A stretch of 63,815 nucleotides of DNA from Schmidtea polychroa (lineage: Eukaryota). How positions within the stretch are numbered: the first letter of the stretch is position 1; each line of letters begins with the position of its first letter. The position numbers and the translations under genes are program-made. This document shows, one piece after another, positions 27,801 through 42,800 of this stretch. The notes under the pieces are model-generated. The model saw only the letters and a list, made by a program, of their open reading frames with translations. It had not been told where the DNA came from and did no database searches. The stretch covers positions 23,312,186 to 23,376,000 of the forward strand of contig CM097885.1 of the NCBI GenBank assembly GCA_044892525.1, given 5' to 3'.

Positions 27801-30800
27801 CAAATTCCATTGGTCATTACTCACATTTATCGTCACCCAATAATGGCAAAGTCTTTTTGGAAATAAACACAAACATTTCATCCCTATCTATCAGTGAACT
27901 CTCGGTTTTTGAAAATCAAACTGTTGCATATTTTTCAATGAAAGTATTCGGATGTTTTAAAGTCTCTTTTTGTATTGTTGAAGGTAAAAAGTATTGGGTA
28001 TGATTATCATTTATTTTTTTAATATTTAAATGAAATATTAAATTATTCAAAATTTATGTAATCAGTCTTTATTCTGTTTCTTCGAGATATGCTTTTACTT
28101 CTGTTTATATTATTATAAGAACTTTTATTTCTTCCAATTTCACCACTGATTATTTTGCCATTGAATTTATTAAAAAGACAGCTTGAAGACTATAAATCAG
28201 TAATATATCGATGTTTTTTTGATACTCGCGAATTTTCGGCACTCCTTTTTCAAGTGAATTTTGTGAATTCAATTTATTATTAAAAGTTTAATCTTATCAG
28301 TATAAAATTCCTATTCGTCTTTTGATGCATTTTTATATATCCATAAATTGTTTTTCCAAAATATCCTTAAATGGATCCTTAACAATAAAGAAAAGTTAAG
28401 TTTTCATCCTATAAATCTGACAGTGATTCCTATACTGAAGCCCGCGCTCCGTTGAGGTCCGCGAAGAGATTTTATTGTAAATGTTGTGAATGGAATTTTT
28501 TAGATTTCCAAGCACTTTTACGGTTTAAATAATGACTTCATATTTCGCTGTGCTTTTTAATCACGATTTATTTGTTATAAATGGATAAATTGAACAGTTT
28601 TATTTTAATTTCGAAATAAGAAAACAATCGACAGATTTTTATCTTTGTATTATTAATATTTTATATTTATTTTATATATTTTAAAATTCTTAATTTAGCA
28701 GTTTACGGCGTTTAATATATAAAGTATTTCACAAGACTAATTCTTATTATAAATAATTCCTTTAATCGTAGGAAATCACTGATTTCATTTAGCATTGTTT
28801 AAAACTTATTAGAATTCAGTTATAAGTCATTTAGCATCTTTAACCCTTTCGCGGACGCACTTTTTTAGTTGCTGTTGCAGAACGCAGTAGTATGACGTGT
28901 ATACACGTCATTGTCCATTAAAGGGTTAAATATAGTATTTTTATTAATAATAAGCTTGTTTTGTAAACCACGAGGCTTCTTATAAAATTATTATCATAAA
29001 TTGCAAACAGCAATAAATTTATCATGAGAATTCTTTTGATTTTAATTTAAAACAATTTTAATTAATGATATTTAATTTTTAAGGGGACTATCATTCAAGA
29101 AATTTAAAAAAATTGGGAACCACTAGTATATAGTATGACTTTTCCGTAACTGTTTGATGGGAATCGTGATACAATTCAAAGCGAAATTGGTGTTGATGGT
29201 GTGTATGAATAGTGAATGAATAATAAAATTCAACTAAAACCATAATAAATTTTTAATTAAAATCATTCGTTAAAATAAGTCATTAAAAATGAGTCTAAAA
29301 TTTTGTACAATTTATATCAATCTATATTCAACATAAATTACAGAGTTTGTATTTATTGATAAGTAAAGTTTTTTGTTTTTGAAAAGATTTAACCGAGTTA
29401 GTTTTTCTTTTACGTAGATATAAAAGAAATTAGAGGAAGATTGTTATCAATATCAAGACTTAAAGAATTTTATTTTGATTATAGTTTTAAAGTTCTACAC
29501 ACAACTGAACTAATGACTGCTATTATGTCTAACATTTTTGAGATTTAACTAACAAAAGGTTGTTCGGTATACAAATTAATCTTCATTTTATCATCCTTAT
29601 CCATTCCTATATTCGTTTGATTGTATTTTAGGATTATTTATGACTTGAACTTTTATTCTGTTTAATCTATTTTATAAGGTTTGCTCTTTTAACCTTTAGA
29701 AAAATCAAACATGAATCAAAAAATGATATAAAATCATTCATAATAATGTATTATGAATAGGTAATTAGTTCAAGTTTTTATATTAATAATTTGTATTAAA
29801 TTCACGGACATTTGAATATGTTAAATTAAATTTTATATTCAATCTAGAACCAGCAAATCATTTCTTTCGAACCTTTCAGTGCATGTATGAGAAAATCATG
29901 TATTTGTGACAATGGAGAAGAAAGGTGCCAGAGATTAGACAAATCAAATTGTGCGAATTGTACTGAAGTAAGATAATTTTCTTTTTAATATAAGTTATTC
30001 GAAATTTTCTTTTATAATTATTCATTTAATCTGCTTCTAATGCTTGATATGTCTTCCTCACCAATCAAAAGTTCAAACAGAACAGTAAGAGTACGCCACA
30101 AAATTGAAAAATTCCAAATATTTTTTTTATTTTATTAAGAAAAAAAATCTCTGAAGCATAATACAAATATAATAGTCTTTCTTTTTATGACAATAAGTAA
30201 TCTAATAATTAAATTGCTTAATTAATAATTATCGTTAATGGTTTGATACGTGAGTATGTTATTGTATGTTTAAAACATTTCACATATTTCATGTTCATTA
30301 TTATATATTAGTCTTCGATCCTAACGAGATAAATACTTGAACTGTTATGTCATAAAATTGATATTAGAAAATTTTAGATCTTGAATTATTTAGCATATCA
30401 ATAAAAAATGTAATTACATTATCGATACAATCTTAATCAAGTGTGACACGACAGATCTTAGTCTATCTTATATGATCTTATATGAGAATTATCATTTCCG
30501 ATACTCAATTTCCAACGANNNNNNNNNNNNNNNNNNNNNNNNNNNNNNNNNNNNNNNNNNNNNNNNNNNNNNNNNNNNNNNNNNNNNNNNNNNNNNNNNN
30601 NNNNNNNNNNNNNNNNNNNNNNNNNNNNNNNNNNNNNNNNNNNNNNNNNNNNNNNNNNNNNNNNNNNNNNNNNNNNNNTGTAGCATTTAATACAGAAGTC
30701 TGTATGAATATGTTTTGGGGCCCGAAATTCTTCTGGGCATTCAAAATAATGTCGGTTTGAAATCAAATGTAAACAGCTTAATCTGCCAATATATTTGAAA

Positions 30801-33800
30801 ACATAAATTTCATTTAGTCTAAAAGATTCCCATAGCTTTCCATACCGAATTCAATCAAAATATTGTTTTCTTAATATACAAATTTCTTATAGAAATTTCG
30901 GTTTTTGCTAGTAAAGTTTTCTAAAATAAAAATGATATTAACTCGAGGACGGGAATATAATAAATATTTATGATCATTATAAAGTATATTTCTGTTATGA
31001 TTAATTTAATTTAAAAGTTAAAATATTTTCTTTATAAATATATCATTTACAAACAAAGTGTTGACTTTAGAAGATTATTGCACTCACATGTAGAAAATTC
31101 TCAATCCTTAACAAATTTTTACAAATGAGAAACCGGGTCCTAAATGTTTGTAAAATGTTTTCTAAACCCTGCTTAAAGCCATAATTGTTGGAACATTTAT
31201 TCTATCAGTTATGATCCTAGAATTGTTCAATAAGTATTAGGCTAGTTAAATTATATTTTGGAACAATTTTATTGAATTTTATTTTAGTCATTATTTACAA
31301 ATTTTTAAATATTAAAATATTTGGTATTTTGTGTCGTGACAAAATAAAAGCTTGTAATCTACTTTTAACCAAATTTCATGGTATTTGTTAGTTTTATCTG
31401 TTATATGTTCAACTTATTCGAATGCAGATAGTTTAATGAGTTTCATCTTTTATTACATCCTAGGGAATGTTTATCATATTTGTTTTTCGAAATTCAAAGG
31501 CACCTGATTAAAGAATGATACATAATAACTTTGAAAAACATCTAAAGTTTTAATTTTAGAGGCACATCGATGACAAAAGATGGGTAGATGTAGAAATTTA
31601 AAGTTATGAAGAAATTTTATTTTATTAACATGTATTTATTTACGAATTATAGTTAAATCCAAATTATAACACTTAAATCTTACCAATCTTGTTAATTTAT
31701 AGTTAAATATAGATTTTGTAAATGATAAATTTTTATTGAATTAGTTTTTTCAAAATAAATAATGTAAAAATAAAATAATTTAGCCGTATCAAAAGCACTT
31801 CAAATAAAATTTATCTGTAAATATTTTTTTCACTATTGATCGAATATATTCCATTTTTCTATTTATCTTCAAATGACTGTAGATCAATAAATTCAAATTA
31901 TAAACGATACATTCTTTTGTTACAGGCCTTTAAGTATTATTGAAAGATAATTTATATTAAAGAAATCCAATATTTATAATTTATTCATACAGAAAAATTA
32001 CCATCTAAGTTATGATGAAAACGGGTGTTGTTCATGCAATGCTGATCAAAATGTAACGAAGACCTGTGAAATAATGGCTAAATGTCATAAAGACTGTGGT
32101 AACTGTGAAGATTTGCCTGTGATTGTGAAGAATGTTACAAATGATGCCGACTGCAAATGTCCTCCTGGAATTTTCTCTATCATAAATCCAACTGATAACA
32201 AAAACAAAGTTGCAGTGACGTGTTACGATACTTTCAAAAATGAGAATAACTGCAATGAAAAGAAGACATCTACGATTAAACAAATTTCCACAACTCGTTC
32301 ATGTATATTTTTATTTATAAATTTATAGATTGATACACTGAATAAATTTTTACCTATTCTTAGATATTATTGAGAGCAGTAATGAACTCCCAACATTTAT
32401 AAAGTCGAAATTACTCTTCATTATGACATCATAGAAACAATCTAAATATAAAATTCTCTATGTATATATGTGAATAAGTGATTATGAAATAAAGCTTAAT
32501 TAAAATCACCAACAAATTTTATTATAACTTTTAATTTTGATCGACAACATGGTATTTGTATTTTAATATTATCTGAAAATCGACTTTCTTCTATCGAATG
32601 ATGCACAATTTTCCCTATTTGGACCATTAATTCTTTATTCCTTATGTTACTCATTTTTGCTTTAATAAATAAGAATTAAACTAAATATTGAATCTTTTTT
32701 TTTTAATGTACAAATCTATGGAGAATTATGTATTTGGATTGATAAAATGATTCAGTCATTTTTAACTGTTTATAGCTAGTATTGCATTATAAATGTCGTC
32801 TTCGTTTATAAAGGGCTTTAATATTGTATATAGGAATACCAAAAAGTATTATAGGACCGGGGAATATTACAATATTTTGAACTTATAAAGTATTATTATC
32901 CTTAATAAAATATTATTTTAGTTATAAATATTTATACAAAAACGTAGCACTTGTCGAACAATTTACAGTTTGATCTTACATTACAGATGGTAATTATTAT
33001 ACATCTAATTATTTTCATATTTATGTGAGAAACATTTGCTCCACTATTATTTGTTTATTTCTTTATACTCAAACTATATTTTATTTCTTAATTACGGAAC
33101 CGTTTTGACATGATTCTAGCTAGTAGAGCAAATGGGGCATGCATTTCGGTGGCTGATGTAACTTAAGAATGTAAAATATAATTAAATTAGTTTTATATAT
33201 CCATTGAGATATAACAATACGAAAATAATGAATAAATTGAAAAAATTATCAAGTGGTAGTACAAGAATTAAATAAAAACTTTACACTTAAAATAATTTAT
33301 TTATTAACTTTAAGTAATTATTTAATAAAATGTTTTCCACTACAATTTGTTGTAGTAACTACCAGTAATTGATAATTCCAATATGCCTACTCAAAACAAG
33401 TTCAATTTACAACACAAACATCATGTTTATATTACATCTAATAATTTAAAAATGACAATCAAAATTTATTTATTTAAAAAATCTGCCAGTTGTTCAATCA
33501 AATATTCAAACAACTTCCACTTTGAAGATTTTGGGTATTTTCTTAAACATTGTTGAATTGATACAATATAATATAAGATTCTATTATTACATTCAGTCAG
33601 TGTTATCCAAACTTTTTTGAGCCACGGCACACTTAGCTGATTTTAAAATTTTCGCGGCACACCTAAATTTTTTATCGCACTTTTACTAATCTTTTAATAA
33701 GAAATGAAAAACTTATTTACTTGATATAAATGTAATGTAAAAAATTTTAAATTTAGAAAAATTAGTGAATAAAAAATTCATAAAACATAGTTTTGACTTT

Positions 33801-36800
33801 TTTTAAAAAAATTTCACGGCACACCTGGGCACCCGCCACGGCGCACAGTTTGGACAACACTGCATTAAGTTATCCACATGGTCTCTAATATTTAATTTAA
33901 TAATAGTTGATTTTAGATATTACAATAATCCAGTTACAATAATTTAAAATTTGATTAATTTAATATTATTAATCCTTACATTACCAAAGAATAAACAATA
34001 TCAAATTAAATCTAGTAGTCTTGATTATAGGTATAAATATTTTTAAATTAATTAAGCTCAGAAATCTTAATTTTTTATAAATTTAAGATGAAGTTGGTAA
34101 TTTATCTCAGTTGTGTCTCGTTGGTACTAATAATTAAAACTTGTATAAAAAACAATTTAAATCACTGAATTGTTTTATATTTTGTTAAATACTGTTTAGG
34201 CAAACCAAGATGCGTTACGAGCATAGATTGCGAATGGACAGAAAAGATAATCGACTTGCCAATCACTGACATTAAACAAAAAGTCAATGATTCGTGCATT
34301 TTAATGCAAAACGAAACGGAAAATGTTTGTAAATTTTGTCCTCCAGATACAACAGATAAATTTGGATATTGCTTCAAGTTCGTTATTTATTATATTTAAA
34401 TTTCTTGATAAAATTGTTTATATTTGTTTTTATATAAGTTATAACTTTTTTGTGAAAAAAATTCTATAATTTGTTTAAAGATTTCACCAGCACAATACAA
34501 TACACGTATTTATCGAGAGATTTAATCTAAATACATAATTCTGTTGGTAACCTCTGTATATATGATGATAATGTTTCTACTGGCTTTTCATACAAATAGG
34601 TAACTTGTAAGTACGCAAATTTAATAAAATTTAATATTCGAAAGAGATTAAGTAAGAGCATCTGATATGAATATAATATGATTTTTTATAATATGAATAA
34701 TCAAACTCCGCAAGGTTTTTGTTAAGAGCACTTTGTATCAAGTTTCGTTTTTTGAAAACGCTCGCACCTTTACCAAAAATATTGTATTTAAAAAATTGTT
34801 AAATTAAGTATTTTGCATTATGAAATTGTAAACCTTAGAGCATAAAAATAAATAATTGACCTAAACCTGAAATTCAAACAGAACAGCCATAATTTTAGAT
34901 GGGTTACAGCTACTTTAACATAATTTTATTACTATATTGTAATGTATGTTAATGTGAATATCGGGATAGAAATGATGCGCTTGCTCCCCCTGAATTTCAA
35001 TAAACAGTAAACATTCAAGAATTATATCTGTGTTTGAAAAATAATATGAGATTAAATTTTCTGAAACTTTAGTAGGCAGAAGTTAAATAAAGTTAATAAT
35101 CCTAAAATTATTGGTGAAATGAAAATATTTTTTAAGGGGATCTAGACGAAAGTCGGGAGAACCGTCAAAGTTTAGGATAACATCTTGCCATGTGCTGAAT
35201 AATCATTAAATATTTGCCTACTTCAGTGTCGGTTATCTATTATATATATATATATATATAGGCCCGGCGTGAGGTGGGTACAATGCGTGATTTTCACGCA
35301 GGCGCCACGGCGGAAAAATACAAAAGGCGGCAAAATTGTACAGAAATTTGTTATTTTCATAAGATTTTTATGTTTTTATAATAAATATGAATTAAATTAA
35401 AAGTAATAAAGTTATATTGTATTGTTATGTATGCATTTATCGTTTTTTTACTCTTATTATGGAATGCGAAGGCGGTAATATGCAATTTTCACACATCATC
35501 TGAAACTCTAGCGCCGGTGCTGTATATATATATATAAACCGAACTGAACATTTTAAATAAGTTTTAATGTGATTACTTGCTGAATAGAATTTTAACAAAG
35601 TTTATATCCTGCATTATATTTAAAAATGCCAAGTCGCTAATTATGAAACTTATATTTTAAATAGTCAAGACCTTTGGATGAAATTAGAAACCTGTTCATC
35701 TATTTTAGACCATATCGAAGAATTTATGTACTTCTACTTTAAATAAAGATGTGGATATAGATATATAATAACTTCAAAACTGTCTTAGCGATAAATAAAA
35801 TCACCATTTTCATATTTTATGGCCACAGTATGCTGTAAGTACTGTAGTATTGTGATGTTGCGTAAATATGTACAATGCATTAATGTAATTATTGGAAATC
35901 ATCCAAAATTCTTCTTAAACAATCTCCAAAGATTTTCTATGTTTTGATATTCCATGTCCATTTTTCTGCGGAAAATGCCATAAATTATCAATAAGGGATA
36001 AATCTGCATTCTGAACTGGCCAGTATTGCCTTTTTTGCAAGTATTTCATTCGCAATAATGTATGGAAAGATGCTATACTTTGTTTTCTAATATATGTTCC
36101 ACAATAAAGATGCGCCAAGATTTCAAAGAGTACCGTTTAACATATCTTTGAATTACCTGTGAAAACGACTCGTTTTATGACGCGTCTTCTGTCAACTCGA
36201 GTACATTCCTACATTAACACATACTATGAGAAATCCTTTGTTTTGATAACAGTTTTGGCATCCATTTTTTTGTGACTTCTAATGACATACTAAAGCCCAT
36301 GAGAAACTTCGATCTTCGAAAGTCTGTAAATAAGCTCTTACCAAAATCAGAAACTTCACAGTATTTCCGCTATTGGTACTGTGATATTCGAATTTTTGCA
36401 TATTTTTGAAGTAAGAACTCTGCTGAAAAGTTTAGCATACTTGAAAATACGTTTAACAGTAAAAAAATTACTTTAATTGTTGTCATTGGTTTGTCTTGAA
36501 GGAATTATTTTTCATGAACTGAATAATCAGATTGTTCTTTTAACAATAAATGATTTTAGAAAGATTTCATAACTTAATGAATATGTTCTAAATTGCACAT
36601 CTGCGTATCAGAAGTCTTTTAAATATTGTATATATTTGTGTTTTGACAGCTTTAGCACACAAAACAATATTTTTCTGAAAGACACATTTGCCTTTATCCG
36701 ATTCCCAAAACTTAGAATATTTAACACAGATTTTAAACATTACAGCAAATATCTTTTCTATTTCTAATATTCTTCATGAAGGAATCGTTATTTTTCACAC

Positions 36801-39800
36801 CGTCAATTTTAAAATCTAAAGACTTATTTTCTATAAAAATAAAAATAATATAATCTTCAGTCGCACAAAAATGCATTTCTGTAAAACTCGAGTATACAAG
36901 TTTATAGATGGAAGGTTTAAATATTTTCAAAATAAAATTAAGGAAGCACTTCACTTGACCAATGCTCGGGCTAATCTTAATTATGTATATTCGCTCTTCT
37001 TTATTATATCCATCATCTTAATTTGAGAGAGCATAATTTTTATAAACGCCAACTGTTCACGACAGTGCTGTCTTTTGAAATTTGGAGCCCCCGTGTTAAG
37101 AATTATAAGTTATCTTCAAAATATATTTTCAGAATTTTTATTTTTAAAAGTAATAATTTTACTCATTAAAAAATGTTTAAAGTCAATAACAAAAATGTGG
37201 AAAAAAAGTTTTAAAAATTGAAAATTTTGACTTTTGTTAGATTTTTTTATACATTAATTTTAACACAAAAGATCTATTTATAATATTTACGGACAACTCA
37301 CATTATTCTGGTGCAACTCTACTCAGCATTTTTAGCATCAAGGATAAAACTACTCTGGTTCAGGATATCTAATTGTTTTCATAGTATTTTCTCACGGGAG
37401 CACTATGTAATATTCAATTGAAAACCATTTGTATTTTTTATGATTCTAGCTGTCTAGTTGCATCAATACAGGATCCATGTATTCATTATACATTTTAAAA
37501 TCAACCTTTTCTATTATAATTATATTAATGATCAATGAAAATTTTTCGTCATAGATAAATACCCCTTTTTCTATATTATTAAATTGAATATATTTGTCAG
37601 AATTCATCCAACATAAATTTTATTTCAATAAGCTTTTCAATTCAATCTCCATAATTCTCTCTAATTATTCCTGACCAAACACAATAGAAAATATTTGGCA
37701 TAAATTTTATTAAAATTCTGGTGACACCTCTGATGTATATTTTTTGTTGACACAGGAAGGATAAATTAACTTATTGATAGAAACTCAATTCTATAAATGT
37801 TTACAACAATTTTAATTATATTCATTTAATTATTTTCATGAAATTTAAAATGTTTTTAAACAGTACAACCAAAATCTGTCCCACAACGAAACCACAGTGT
37901 ATAAGTAAATAATTTTTCCAATTAAATTATAAGTTACTTATTATAACAATAGTACCGAAATATTGCTTGTATGAAAAAACTTGCGAAGAATCTTGCCAAA
38001 AAAATTTTCTAATAAACAATAACAATACGAATAACTGCCAATATCAAATTGAACAATGCAGTTGTCCAACTGGGTATGTAAAAGATGTCGTAAATAAATT
38101 ATGTGTTAAATCAACGAATTGTAATTGCCCATGTTTATGCAATGCCAACGGAACATTAGTTGAAAGAAAGGTAACCTAAATTTTCAAAATGTTATCTATA
38201 CAGATTAATTCAATAGGATGGAGAATTATGTCAAATAAATGAATGCCAAATATGTCAATGTCAAACGGTGGAAGAAACAAATGAAAAGATATGGGGGAAT
38301 TGTAGAACAACATTGAAATGTTTATCGACAAGTACCGAAATAACCACAAGTGCATAACTTTGATAAAAAGAAATCTTTTATTGTTTTAATTTTGATTTAG
38401 CGTTACTCAGTACTTCAACACAAACACCAACAACGGTATCCGTAACACCTACAACAACTGTCACCCACGGTATGATTACAGAATATATTATAATATAACA
38501 AAATATTTCCAAATAGGGGAAAGCCCATAATGTGGCCTAAATTAATAATTTCAAATGATTCTAAACTACTTATAAATGTAACTAATATATAACGTAAGAA
38601 AAGTATTTACCAGAGTAATAATATTTAAATTAACAAAATCTTTTTATCTTACAATATTAAAACAAGTTAATTTCCATTACATACCCCGAAGATTTTTCAG
38701 AATCTTATATCCTAACACTCATATGCGACGCAGCATGGATTTGTAATGTTATTATAATCAACTAAATTTTTACAGTTCACTCTGTTTTAATTATCTTTCT
38801 TGGAATACATTGTTGGTCACATCTTGCTATCTCATTCGAATCTCAGATTTTAATCATCTGACATTTCTATTCGTCCGTTATATCTGAAAATTAAATAAAA
38901 CCGCAATATTTTATTCGCGAAGACGTCAAATTAGACCAATAAACTTCTACAATAGCACATCTACTTCGTTCAGCAATTATCTTAATAAATTTAGGCCTTC
39001 TACCTATTATTCCGTTACCAGATAGACTCGACTATACACAAACTTAATTTTCCGTTTTTCTATTTATCCATTAACGTAACCATTTCAGAAGATTTAAATA
39101 ACGTAAAATTGTCCATTATAACTTTACTTGGTGCATAAATTTCATAAAAGATGTAATTGAATTTTTCGCTAACAACTTTTGAACTTTTACACTTTATTTG
39201 ACACCAAATCATTATTCTTGATGTTTCACAATTAAAAATGTTGAATTTGAGATGGCGATAAATTCGAAAATTATTTATTGAAAATTTAAAAATTATCCGA
39301 ATCAGTAAAAGATATTGTGAGACTTATTTTAATAGCAAGTTTACCGAGCAAAGTTTCCTGAGAACTGCTCAAGCATAAGTATATATCAATGAATGAATTG
39401 TGTATCAGTGGGAACATGAGATGTTTTTATACTTCTAAAATGATAAATATGTATGTAATAATCAAAATGAATAATATATCCATGCTCGGTAGAATCAGAG
39501 TGGATGATTCAATAAAGTTTAATTGAGAGAAAATAGTCGGTGTTAGTTCTCCATCAATCGTCATTGAAAAAGATTATTTCAGTACAAAATTTGATATGAA
39601 TTGCGAAGTGGAATAGATTTGGTGGAATTTAACATCTATAATTTTGCCATATATTATATTTAAAACAATCAAAAATGATGAATGGAAGATAAGTCAAGAT
39701 TGGTTGAATAACCTAATAAATTCCGAATCACCCGGTAAGATCGGAGAAACAGTATTAGCTCTATCAAAATTCAGCATCTTCCAAAGGAATAAAGACAATG

Positions 39801-42800
39801 TACATAAGAAAGTTAAACAAATATATATGTGAAAATAATTTGCGAGATTGGCAAAACAAATCCGTTAAATTTCTTATGATAGATCTTCAAAATGTATTAA
39901 ACGAATAGACATGCAACCGGATATGTAAAAGCTCAGTCTCCAATTTTGAAGGTGAAACGATATGTCCAGCAAACATATAGAGAAAAATACATGATTTCAC
40001 GAAATCCATTTATTTCATTATACGAAAACAAGTCTAATCTTCTAAAATTCATTAATGAAAAACATATAAATCATTGCAAAGGATGATCACAAATCTTTTG
40101 GTTAAAAACAATAAATATGATAACTACCTTGTAAAAAATTACAAACAGCCAAAATTAATTTTAACAATGTAAAAATAAAGAATTGATATCAAAACATGAA
40201 AATATGTAAATAATTTCTAGCATTATTTACTATGTTTGACAATGTTAACGTGCTTCAGGTTGCAAAGAAAAGTCTGTTTTGATTTCAACTAAAGAGTATG
40301 TGAAAGAAATCGTTGTACCGAAAAATGGAACATCAGAAACCAGTTTGATAACCGATATTTGGAATATAACTGTAATTAAAACAGAACCGAAATTCGAAAT
40401 CAAATTCTACAAACCTGTCATCGTTACGAAGATCAAATTTGAAAACATCGTGAATATCCAGACATTCAAGTAAAATTTGATTATTGAAATCAAAGATCGA
40501 ACATGATAATATAAACTTTAGTGTGCTTGTTCTTTATGAGAACGAAAAAGACTATAAAACATTCGAAACAGGACTAAATGTGAAATACGTAAAGGAATAC
40601 GAGGAAATTGAAAGGATTGTTGAAAAAGTGTCAGCTATAAAGATTACATTTATTTTGACATCTCCGAAAGAGAAAGTGTCATTAAAAGTAACAATCGAAG
40701 GATGCGGAGAACAGGAAACGACTACAGAAAAATCTACAACAATATCTATTTCCAGTCCGACTGTGTCATTAACTAGAACTGGAACTAAATCGACAGAGAC
40801 CACACCATATTCTTCGCCATCAACAACAACTGGATCCACGACCTCTGAAACTACAACGACTCAATCAACATCGACAGGAACTATTACGACTCCTTCATCT
40901 ACGGCCAAGACCACAACATATTCCTCGCCATCAACAACAACTGGATCCACGACCTCTGAAACTACAACGACTCAATCAACATCGACAGGAACTATTACGA
41001 CTCCTTCATCTACGGCCACGACCACAACATATTCCTCGCCATCAACAACAACTGTATCCACGACCTCTGAAACTACAACGACTCAATCAAAATCGACAGG
41101 AACTATTACGACTCCTTCATCTACGGCCACGACCACAACATATTTCTCGCCATCAACAACAACTGGATCCACGACCTCTGAAACTACAACGACTCAATCA
41201 ACATCGACAGGAACTATTACAACTCCTTCATCTACGGCCACAACCACAAAATATTCCTCGCCATCAACAACAACTGGATCCACGACCTCTGAAACTACAA
41301 CAACTCAATCAACATCGACAGGAACTATTACGACTCCTTCGTCTACGGCCACGACCACAACATATTTCTCGCCATCAACAACAACTATATCCACAACCTC
41401 TGAAACTACAACGACTCAATCAACATCGACAGGAACTATTACGACTCCTTCATCTACTTCCACGACTACAATATATTCCTCGCCATCAACAACAACTGGA
41501 TCCAAGTCCTCTGGAACTACAACGACTCAATCTACATCGACAGGAACTGCTACGACTTCATCATCAATTGTCCCTAGTAGTGAATCATCTTCTTCAACAA
41601 CAACTACAACTCAAACTCCCACTGTTACAAGTACTGGCTCAAGTTCACAACCGATATCATCAACAACGACCTCAAGAATAACAGGTAAAATATCGAAATT
41701 ATAATAATTTTCACATTTTAACCATTTCTTTGGATTGGCCTTGTAACTTGGTTTTTTAATCTTTCTTTTTATGTTTGACAATGTTGACGTGTTTCAGGTT
41801 GCAAAGAAAAGTCTGTTTTGATTTCAACTAAAGAGTATGTGAAAGAAATCGTTGTACCGAAAAATGGAACATCAGAAACCAGTTTGATAACCGATATTTG
41901 GAATATAACTGTAATTAAAACAGAACCGAAATTCGAAATCAAATTCTACAAACCTGTCATCGTTACGAAGATCAAATTTGAAAACATCGTGAATATCCAG
42001 ACATTCAAGTAAAATTTGATTATTGAAATCAAAGATCGAAAATGTTAATATAAACTTTAGTGTACTTGTTCTTTATGAGAACGAAAAAGACTTTAAAACA
42101 TTCGAAACAGGACTTAATGTGGAATATGTAAAGGAATACGAGGAAATTGAAAGGATTGTTGAGAAAGTGTCAGCTATAAAGATTACATTTATTTTGACAT
42201 CTCCGAAAGAGAAAGTGTCATTAAAAGTAACAATCGAAGGATGCGGAGAACAGGAAACGACTACAGAAAAATCTACAACAATATCTATTTCCAGTCCGAC
42301 TGTGTCATTAACTAGAACTGGAACTAAATCGACAGAGTCTACTGCCACGACCACACCATATTCTTCGCCATCAACAACAACTGGATCCACGACCTCTGAA
42401 ACTACAACGACTCAATCAACATCGACAGCAACTATTACGACTCCTTCATCTACGGCCACGACCACAACATATTCCTCGCCATCAACAACAACTGGATCCA
42501 CGACCTCTGAAACTACAACGACTCATTCAACATCGACAGGAACTATTACGACTCCTTCATCTACGGCCACGACCACAACATATTCCTCACCATCAACATC
42601 AACTGGATCCACGACCTCTGAAACTACAACGACTCAATCAACATCGACAGGAACTATTAGGACTCCTTCATCTACGGCCACGACCACAACATATTCCTCA
42701 CCATCAACAACAACTGGATCTACGACTACTGAAACTACAACTACTCATTCAACATCGACAGGAACTATTACGACTCCTTCATCTACGGCCACGACCACAA

